64,000 nucleotides of DNA, taken from Lama guanicoe. Taxonomy: Eukaryota. The stretch spans positions 28,643,051 to 28,707,050 of the forward strand of contig MU056216.1 of assembly GCA_013239625.1 (NCBI GenBank), read 5' to 3'. Made by a program: the position numbers and the translations under genes. Position 1 is the first letter of the stretch; each line of letters starts with the position of its first letter. Positions 39,787 through 50,700 of the stretch are shown one piece after another. Under the pieces are notes generated by a model. The model made no database searches. It was not told where the DNA came from and saw nothing but the letters and a program-made list of their open reading frames with translations.

Positions 39787-41578
39787 CCATTACTCCTTTT
39801 TGATCATGTACAGCCTCAGGTGGTAGAAAGAACACTGCACTTGGAATCAAAACATTTGGAAGTTGGGGCCCAGTTCTGCCCCCATCAGCCATGTGGCCTT
39901 GGACAAGGCACTTCCTGAAACTGGGTTTCCTAATTTATTTCTCTATACTCCTATCCAAACTAGTTGGGGGGGAGCCACTGAAAACATTTCTATTCAACAC
40001 TTTTGCAGTGGCAAGTTACAGTACTTCCACGTGCCGTGTTATGTAGTTCTTATTTTGTTTTTTAACTTGGACTCATCCAAGTATGCGTTGAGGCCAGTAA
40101 ATGAATTATTGGATTTATTATTAATGTGTTCTTACAGTCTTAACTTACAGTGTTAATTATTATCTTGGTTATGGATTTAATAAGACAAAGAGTTAAGTAC
40201 AGATATTAAACTTTTTCAAGGACAATAGGTGAGTTTTGCGGAGGAGGGCTTGTTCTTTGGTACTGAAGTACATAAAACATATACTGATGTTCAAGTTCCA
40301 TGCGTAGGTAGCCTGCTGCCTTACTCATCTGTAGCCACTCTGAATTTGGTTAATGTCCATAAGTGAGGAACAGATAACAGTATGTCTATTAGGGTCCTCT
40401 TTGGGTTCCTGTGTTTTCTCTTGGTTTAAGCAAACCCATTGGCCTTGTTGAGATCCGACATTCTTGGCAGTAGTGATTTGTGGTAGGTCTGTCCTGGGAA
40501 ATACAGACTTGGGAAAATTCCCCAAACATGCAGATCAAAAACATTGGGCATGTTGCTGGCCAATAATGACTATCATAATTTAGAATTTTAAACCGACAAG
40601 AATTAGAGTTGTTAGTATATTATACAAAAGTGTGCTAATTTCCATGAGTCTCCTGTTAATGAGCACAAGGCCCGATTTGCCAAAAAATCACATAAAACTG
40701 CAGAACATAATGAATGTGGGCACCTGGCTGTGGCAGGTGTGTGAATATATGTCACAGTGAATGAGGACCTAAAAAGGGAAGGAGGGATGGAAGGCAACAT
40801 TTGGGAGTGTCTTTTTTAGTGCTAGTTTAAAATATATATATATTTAATCTCCACAATAGGCCTAAAAGCTAAGCATTTTATTTAGCTTAGTGAGTATAGC
40901 CTCTACCTCTACTTGGCTGTATCCGCCGCTTTGATGATGGTGATGATGATGATGATGGAAAAAACCTGGAGGTTAACAGGAATTCTACTAGGAAGGAGGA
41001 AGTGTGGCTCTGACCCCAGGGTCTGCTTCTTCATCCAAAACTGGTGTGGCTCTGACCCCATGGCTAAAAGGAGAGAGCTAACACTTAGAAACTAGAGATA
41101 TATTTTGGTCATTGTAAGTAATTATCATTTTAACTTGTGACACTGGGTTGCATTATTTTTCTGCTCCTGTGAATCTGAAGGACTCCAGTGTCTCCTGAGA
41201 GGGACTCACTAAGACAGTGACAAATAGGAAATATTTATGGAGTGAAGGAGGACAGATCTCAGATAACGTAGACCCTGAGAATGTGGCCTGCTTTGGACTA
41301 CATACACTAAACACTTACATGTATATCAAGACATAAGTGTATTGGATTAATTTGAGGCCTGGGTGAGAATTAAGGCAGTTGATAAAGTGAGAATAATAGT
41401 TGCTGATTTGGGGTTTAGGGGATGGGGTGCTGGGCTTTATAAGGTGAGGCTCACCTTGGGTATTGTGGGGGATTCAGCCATAGCATCTGGTTGCAGTCTC
41501 CAAATAAATCACACGCTGAAAGAAGAAAGTGCCCGTGTGAGAAATGACAGCCTTGAAACCTCTTGCTTTTGTGTCCAG

Positions 41579-41636
41579 GAGAATCGTGCGGGGGGCTATG
41601 CGTCTGTGAAGCAGAGGAGGAGGGACGGCGGTGAGC
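41579..41636 (+). other. SLC25A30: SLC25A30 exon 2, 5'UTR part
   Basis: Acceptor tcttgcttttgtgtccag|G at 41578/41579, upstream of ATG 41637. Confidence 0.75.
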
Positions 41637-41700
41637 ATGTCGGCGCTGAACTGGAAGCCCTTCGTGTACGGGGGCCTGGCCTCGGTCACGGCCGAGTGCG
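41637..41700 (+). CDS. SLC25A30: SLC25A30 coding exon 2 ([22 protein letters not shown])
   Basis: ATG in AGCATGT context; donor G|GTAAGC. Confidence 0.96.
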
Positions 41701-44700
41701 GTAAGCAGCCCGCCGCCCGGCCGCCGCGCGTCGGGAGGCTTCAGACTTACGGTCGCGATGTGGTGTTTGATGGGAGTGCAGCACAAGCACCGAAAGCGAG
41801 ATTATGAAACACTTGGTCTCAGAAGTCAAATTGTAAGACAAAAAGAGTCATTTGGGCAGTTTATCAGCAGCTGAGGGTTCAGAGTTCACTGGGGAGAAAG
41901 TTGAACCTGGTGCTCAAACAGAGGTTTTGTGGATCCATCTGTCCCCGTTTCCCTCGTCCCCTCTGCCATGATTAACTCATCCGGCTGTTGAAGAGGTTTG
42001 AGGAGCTCCAAGGCCTCCCTGCTCGAGTCCAGGGACTGTCATCGTGTTCTAGCTCAGCACATTGTCCATATCCTGTTTGTGACTCCCTCGTCTGCTCCGG
42101 GCCACAGCAGATCCTGTTTGTTCCTTGTTACTCTCAGAATCATTTATTGGACAGATATTGATTGAGATGGTGTCAGGTGCTGGGCTGGGCCACTGCTGTT
42201 CTGGGGCAGAGGCTGCCCCTGAGGACCGACCGGGCAAGAGGTTGGGGCACATTAACACCCATCCCTGCCCGCCCACTTAGGCTTCCCCCTTGGGTGGGCT
42301 TTCCCACCCACACAGGTTACTGAGCAGGGGTTTATATATATGTGGATGGACTATCTCAGGTACTGTATTAAACATTTTTACCTGCATTAACAGATTCACT
42401 TTCAGGCTGTAACCCACAGAGTGAGAAACTCCTTTAGAAAATACATTTATCTCTCTTCATTCGTATTGAACCAAGTATTAGCCGTCGCATACATTAAAAA
42501 TAGGAACTTAACATTTTTAAATGGATTTCCTGTTTGTGTAAATCATTCCATGTCCCTACTTTTGACAGCAGTACAGCCTCCTCAAATCCTATGTAAAATT
42601 AAGATGGGACATTAGTAAAAATGTACAGAAAAGAAAATACACTCATTTTAAAAAAGGGTTTTTTAAACTCATTTGGTTCCTCTTTTAATAGAAAAAAGAT
42701 TGCAAATTATCAGCCATTTCTTAATTCTATTTCTTAGTTTACATTATAGTCTGAATGTTTCCTTAGTAATATATTGCTATGTATCCTTTATTTAGTGGAA
42801 TTTCTTTTTATTAAGTGAAACATTTCCTTCTTTAAAATTTTAAGGTACATTTCCAATTGATCTGACCAAGACACGGCTCCAGATTCAAGGCCAGAAGAAC
42901 GATGCAAACTTTAAAGAGATCAGATATCGAGGAATGCTGCATGCGCTGGTGAGGATAGGCAGAGAAGAAGGCCTGAAAGCGCTGTATTCGGGGTGAGTAG
43001 ACCTTTGTGTGTTTGTATTTCACTGTTGACCTTTCAAATGAACAGACTTCACACTGAGACTTCAGAGAGAAAAAGTACAGGTTTAGGGGGTATTTTAAAA
43101 GAGCAAGTACCATGGTTGAGTTTTCTTTTTAACTTTCTTTTTTAATTGAAGTATAGTCAGTTTACAATGTGTCAATTTCTGGTGCACAGCTTAATAGTTC
43201 AGTCATACATATACATGCATATATTTGTTTTCATATTCTTTGTATTATAGGTTACTACAAGATACTGGTTATTTTCTATATATATGTTTCATGTAGTGAA
43301 TGTTGTGGTGAGACTTTTTATTATATTCAAATAGAATAACACAAAATTTACATTTGTTTTAAAACATTCCTTAATACTGGTTTTTCACTCCGAAAATAGC
43401 CCTTCCCCTTGGTTATTCTGAATTACTGAAGTTTTCGTTGGTTATTCTGAATTACTGAAGTTTTCGCCGTAATGGAAATGATATTGTATTCTCCATGGGT
43501 AAGAGTTTCAGTGAACAACTTTTTAACCCAACATTCAAAGAACAGTGTGCTGCAAGCACTGGTTAGGAAAGTGAATAAGGCAGGGCTTGCCTATTGTCAG
43601 TCAGAGTCCCTGCAGGAAACAGAATTTTAAATGAGAGATTAATGAAGGGCTACTTAAGGGAATAAATGAAGGATTTTGAGGTCACTAGAAACTAGCAAAG
43701 TGAGAAATTGTTACCAACGCTAGGACTACAGGGACAGGCGAAGGAATGGTGTTAGCAGAACCTACTTGGGCTGGAGCCTTGAAGGAGCTAACAGTAGTTG
43801 TCGAGGATGCTTTGCCAGTGCCCAGGGAGAGGAAGAAATACCTGTGCTTCTTTCTCCTCCCTCCCCCACCTCCTTCCCATCTTCTACTGGCCAAATCCAC
43901 CAGGAAGTCAGCTGGCAGGGGAACTGGATGATGTGGTCCATGGCACCAGCCTTGCCGGGCACAAAGCAGGACAGAGAAGGGCAAGGATGGATCTGGGAGC
44001 ACACATGGGAATCAGCAGCAGCACCCTGTCCTGAAGGAACTGTTGTTTAGTGGGGCTGCGGATGTGCAAACAGGGATTCCAGTGGAGTCTGCTGAGTACC
44101 AAAGTCTGGTAGAGACAAGGTGCCAGTCCCAAGCTGTGGGGACGGGAGGGGACCGGTGTGCTGGAAAGGTGCTGGATCTGATCTTGAAAGGACCAAGACG
44201 AATTAGCCAGGTGAAGTTAAAGGGGAACTCTGTTCATTTAGAGCCAGTAGTATGTGCAAGAGAACACGGTCCTTTCTAGGAACTGCAAGTGATTCAGCAT
44301 GTCTGTAGCATAGGAGTTACTGTGTAGCAGGAGATGGAGTTGGAGTGGTAACAAGGGGTCAGGACCCAGACTACCTCAGGCCATGCTAAGCATCTTGATT
44401 TTGTCCGGGACACTGCAGGTCCCAAACCAGGCCTCACAGCCCTCCCAACCACGGATCCCAAAGGTTTTTGTCTTTCAACAGAGCCAGTGTTTTAAATATG
44501 AGAAGTTGAACATGAAAACCTGGAATTCCATCTTCTCAGGAAAACCCACCATCTGGGCTCACATTTGTTCACCTATGGCAATAGTAACCAGTGTTAAGGA
44601 TGCTTTCTCTGGCTTATCCAAACCCTTGGTGCTTACGTAACGTAGGTGTGCAGTTGGACCCAGCCTGCTTCATGGACTCACAGCATCTGCCTGGTACCTG

Positions 44701-47700
44701 TCAGCATGTGACTGTGGCAGACAAAAGCCCCTAAGGGGTTATGAGGAGAGGGACTGACACAACCAGGTTTCCACTGTAAAAGGTGCCTGCCTGCCATGGG
44801 GGGAAAGAGAGACAGTGACAGTGGAAGCAGGCTGACATGGAGGACATAGAGACAAGGATCTAACCTGAGGTTTTGTCTGGGGGATGGAGAGAAAGAAGAC
44901 AGGCTGGAAGGCTCTTTAGGGCAGAGGATCGACATCATGTGTAACCTTATGTACGATGGGGAGGTGGCTGGGGAAGGAGGAGACAGGCTAAAGCTAATGT
45001 CTCATTTTCTGGTTCTGGCCAGTGTGCTGATTGAGGTTCCATCCTCTGGTCCAGGACACGGAAGAGAAGAGCGGATTGTCTGGAGAGGGAAGATAATTAG
45101 TTCAATGTGGGGCACTTGATCTTTCTGGTGGATGTGTGAGTTGAGAAATCTGGGAAGCAGCTGGAAATGCATCTTTGGATCAGTCAGTATTGGAAACTTG
45201 AATTTAGGAACCGTCAGTCATTAGACAGTGGAAGCCGTGGGAGTAGATGAGCTCCTCTGGGAGCGTGTGGAGCGAGGAGAGAAGAGAGGAAGGATAGAAT
45301 TCCAGGGCTCCCCTGAGGGCAGAGGTTGGGTGCTGCAGAGAGAGGAGGAGTTGGACGGGGAAGTAGCTCAAGGAGAAGAAGGCTGCAAGCAGGACAAAGA
45401 ATGACAGCAGCAAGTACTGCAGAGATGCTGATGGAAAACTCATCTAATTTAGCAACAGAGATGTCACTTGGGCCCCTTGTGGTAAGGGGAGTTTTGATGG
45501 AAGGGGCAGAGGGAAACCAGATTGCCATCAAGAAGGAGGTGGGGGTGCAGCAGGAGAGCTGGGGAGTGTGAGTGCACAGGGTGGCCCTGGGGTCAGAGAG
45601 GGGCCCGGAGGGAGAGGAAATAACTGAAACAGGGCCCCCAGGGGATAGGAGATGAGCTCCAGAGCAACCCTGGAGGAGTGACTGATGCTTACAGAGGCCA
45701 GACTTCACCAGGCGCTTTGTGCTGAGAAAGGAAAGCTGTCTGGTTATGGATGAACTTGTTCAATGACGTGTTCACTGAGGATAAACAGGAGGGGCTGAGC
45801 TTTCACTTAGTAAACTGATAATCTCCTGTATTTTTGTTGGATTTTGAACTCGAAGAAGTCTGTTTTAGTGTAGCTTGATTGTGGAAGGCAGATACGTGAT
45901 TGCATCTCCTGCGTAGGTCTGCTGGAGGATTTTAAGTGATTTTCTAGAATGTCTCTGTCTCTTTGTACATTGGTTTGGCAGGATTGCCCCTGCGATGTTA
46001 CGCCAGGCTTCCTACGGCACCATCAAGATAGGCACTTACCAGAGCCTGAAGCGGCTATTTGTTGAGCACCCGGAAGGTGAGCGGGGAATCTTTCTTCCAC
46101 TTTTGGATAGGAGGCGGGTTGCTTATCTTTGCATTCAAGTGGTTTTGGAGCAAGTTTTTTTTTTTTTTAAATAGAGGTACTGGAGATTGGACCTAGGACC
46201 TTGTGCGATTCTAAGCATGTGCTCTACCGCTGAGCTATCCCCCACCTCCTGGATTGATTTTCTTATTTGTGACTTTACCACTTTGGAGGAGAACTCTAGG
46301 TATAAAGTCTAAATGAATTATGCTTGCAGCAAGTCAGTTATTTATCAGCTGAATTTAGGGGAATAACAGTTAAACGGAGCAATCTTACATCTTAATGAGT
46401 TGTCCTTAATCTCCACAATGTCCAGACTCGAGGGTATGTTCTTAGAGTTGTAGCCCACTGAAAAATTTCGAAAGTCATGAGAATGATCATGTATTTTTTT
46501 GAAAAGCAGTGAATGCATTTCTTAGTATTAAGAACCCTGAGTTCTAATATTCTATTGCTGGTTGATTCTTTGACTTTGCTTTAATTTATAGAAGTTTCTA
46601 TCTTTTTTTTTTTTCAATGTGATGAGCACCAGTCACTGCTCCATGAGAGTGATGAATAGGAGCAAAGATGCTGTGGAAGTACTTCACTGTATTTCAAATT
46701 AAATACACATGATGCGCTTTAAAACGTTATCTCCACATTATCTCATAAGAGGGTATCTTTTATTTTACCACCAGTCTGTGTACTGCCTCATCGTAATCAC
46801 AACAGTGGTCTGCATTTACACCCAAAAGTGAATTGGTAGATGGTTACTCACTTTGCATGATATCACATGCCTTCTTAAATATCAAGAAGTTTTGCTGAGC
46901 AAACTCCCGAATCCTTTTAAAATTACTTGATTCAGAATCACATTTCTGTATTCTCTTAAATGAACAAGTGGCATGTAAATGAATTGCACCAGTATCTGAG
47001 TTACCCACATGAAGAAGAGCTCTGTATGTATGAAAAGTCAAATAATAATGTCTTTGATTACAGATGAAACCCTTCTGATAAATGTGTTATGTGGAATTCT
47101 CTCCGGAGTCATATCCTCAAGCATTGCTAATCCAACTGATGTTTTGAAAGTAAGCGTGCTATCTGTATCTTATAGGCACATTCTGCATTTTCTTATTGAG
47201 ACCAACATTCAGATAATGAAAACCTGTGAATATAACTGCTATGTATGTGTGAATCCGTTTATGATTTAAGTGCCATGAAGACTCTAACTTAGAGACACGC
47301 ACTAGATGGATTTCCCACTGATACAGATAAGGTCCCAAGTAGAGCCCATTTTTGGAGACTTTGGTGATGCTAGAGGTTTTGGTGATTAACCAGAAAAAAA
47401 AAATTGAGGCTTAGATGCATTTGACTTTCATTTTTCATTGAAAATCTCCCTTGTTTTATGGGTTTATTAAAATAGATGGGCTGCAAATTCTACACAAAGC
47501 TAGGCAGCTCATTGCCAACTGTTTCTGCAGGCATTAAGTTACCCATTCGTTTGACTTCAGGAAATAGTAATGAAAATACTTAAGCACAATTAGACACAAC
47601 ACATTAGATGATCTTGTCGACAGTACCAGGGATACAGCCTCCTTAAATCCTTTTTGCAATACAGCAAGGGACTAACTAATTAAAGAAAATCAAAATTAAG

Positions 47701-50700
47701 TGTGAGTAACTGTTTGAACATGTGCTTCAACTTTGGACTAATGTGCTAAATGCTTAGAATCCAAAAATGAGTAAAGCAAGGACCCTGCCTGCAGTCTTCA
47801 GTCTAGTAGGAGATTCGGACAAGCATCAGAATTGTCTGCAGCAGGGTGTTGGGCGCACTACAGTCACACACGGTGAAGGTACTGAGTGTGCGATGAGAAA
47901 CACCAGGTCCTTTTGCCACGAGTTTACCCTGTGTTGGGGTAAGGTTGCTAGAGAAAATATCCACACTCCTATGAATCTCTTAAATGTACGTCAAGGCTGC
48001 GGAAAGGCAGCTCCTGCATTTTGTTTTATTTTCCCACGTTAACATGGCAACAACAGTGCCCTTTAGAATTGGAGGTAATGCATGTGCTCCTGAAACCAAA
48101 ATAGGGCACCAGTTTTTTAGTGGGATGTCCCGTTTCATTCTTAAAAATGCGGAGCGCTACATCAAACGTTATTTTTATGTTGGGATCTTGGTCACGTGAA
48201 TTCCATGGCTGTTTTAAAGTTTATTTGTAAGTTCAAGAGTGACGGGCATCACGTGGCCATCCTGTGGCCAGCGCAGCTGCATACCTTTTGATTTGGCTGG
48301 TCGGGAATAATAGTGGCTTGAAGTAACTAATTTAAGAAATGTGCTTGCCCATGTTTAGTGTTGCCAGGTACACTGGATACTCACTAACTCCATTAAATCT
48401 CTAGAATTACCATCGTATTCTCTCTCTCCTACTTAGTAACCTGGAGGGAAATATGCCATTTTCTTTCCTTTTCAAGAGAGTATTTTAAAAAATAATAATT
48501 TCTTTTTGATTCTTAAGAAGCTACTATATGCAAGACTCTGGATGCTCCTAGATGCTTTTTGTTGATTCCAAAGTGCCTAAGAACCAATCCTTATACATTT
48601 TTAGTCTCCTGAGGACATTTTAAACTAGCTAGCATTATAGTGATACTTATATTGTACTTTTTTTCTTTTAATGGTTATTAAACAGTAGATTGAGCGCTCT
48701 TTAAAAGTCTGCATTTGGGGAGAAATGTTCTAGTTTCTCACGTTAGTATTTTAAATACTCTCTAGATACGGATGCAAGCACAAAACAGCACCCTTCAAGG
48801 AGGAATGATCGGCAACTTCATTAACATTTACCAGCAAGAGGGAACAAGAGGGCTGTGGAAGGTAAGCTTGAAAAATGGACTTAGTTCTTCCCCCTTTTTC
48901 TGAATTTATTTTTTCTATTTCCACTATTTTATTTAATCCAAATGACATGATGGAGTAAGGGAAGAAGCGTGACATCTGCCCTGAAAGATAGCTTTTTCCT
49001 TAATTTCCTTAGTCTGTAAAATGGAAATATAAGGAATATGTCATGATTTTAAAGTGCTTTTTGGATAATTCACATGTAAGAAATTCTGTGAAGGTTGAGT
49101 GCTTTTTTCTTTTCAGTTCTTATGGAGAAGGGGTTTCTAGGTCAGTGTTATGTTGGATTTTTTGGTCTGTATGGTAGGAAGCCTCACGGCTCTCAGGTGA
49201 AGGCTGTGTTACTAGGCAAGCCCTGGGATGGAGTGCTATTTCCTAGTATTCCAGTGACTGTCAGTTCATGGACTAGAGCCTGAAGGTCACCCAGTACAGT
49301 CCTCTGGGTACAAGGAAACCCAAGGCTCTGAGAGGGGACTCGTCCCGGTCAAGGTCGTACAGTTAGTGCCAGAATCAGGATTACACTTTGGAGCTTCTGA
49401 CTTCTTAGCCCCCAGGTTTTTCTGCTCTGTCCCTCTGCACTACTACCTACCAACAGGAAAACATACAAATTGGCCTTAGTCTGCGGAGGAGAGAGATCTG
49501 AATCTTTGCTCTTCATATTTTCGCCCAGGGTGTGTCCCTGACAGCCCAGAGGGCTGCTATCGTCGTTGGCGTGGAGCTGCCAGTCTACGACCTCACCAAG
49601 AAACACCTCATTCTCTCGGGCCTGATGGGAGACACCGTGTATACCCATTTCCTGTATGTTTATGGGTTTTTTAAAAATTAATATTATAGGTATGCACGAG
49701 TTTAGGTGGAAATAAGCTACTGATTTATAGACATTTTAAAGGAAGTTCATTATAAAAGTATTCTCAGGTTTGAGAAATTGTGATACAGAAGTTGTTTTCC
49801 TAATGGTCTCTTCTTCATAGCTCGAGCTTCACCTGTGGGCTGGCCGGGGCCCTGGCCTCAAACCCTGTGGATGTTGTGAGAACACGTATGATGAATCAGA
49901 GAGTCTTTCGCGACGGCAGGTGCCCTGGCTACACAGGTACCTTGGATTGCTTGTTACAGGTGAGCGTGCACGTCCATCTGTACCTGGCTGTGAATTCCTT
50001 TCGGGGCTCATTAGCTTCCCTGCTGCCCTCAGAAGTGTTTCTTAGCATGACTTAAAAACACAAGGGTTCAGAGCAAAATAAACCCACAGCTCTGTCATTA
50101 GAAATTGTGTGGCTTTGGTCAAGGTACGGACTCTACGCTGAAATTTCCTCGTAAGTGAAATGGGACAATAATAGCAGCTATATCACAGAATTATTGTAAA
50201 AATAATTGGTTTTTTTTGTATTGTAAAAATATTGTAAAAATAATTATTTGTAAAAACAAAATAGTTAGCATAGCACCTGGAATAATGTTAAGTAAAAACA
50301 TTTTGTACATTTATAGTAATAAGTATAAACTTTTATAACAGTGCTAAAGCCTTTTTAGTATAATAATAAGGGACACGTTGGCAAAATAAGCGCATTTATT
50401 TTCATCTTCAACATTCTAGTGGATTGCTTCAATCAATGAAACTATCCCCCATATATATATATTGTTAATATATTTTATTTATGTGTACTTAACTGAAGAA
50501 GTAACTAAATTTTGAGGGCTAATATAACTGAGTGATGCTTTAAAGCCCTGAGATGGTACAGAGTTTTTGCCACACTGGAGCTAATTTTTATAAATACAAA
50601 ATTTAGATGAATATTTGGAAGTGAACGTTCAATATATCACCTTCCTATTGAGTCAGACTGGAAGGCATCTCCTTCATTCAGACGTCTCTCAAAGGAACAC

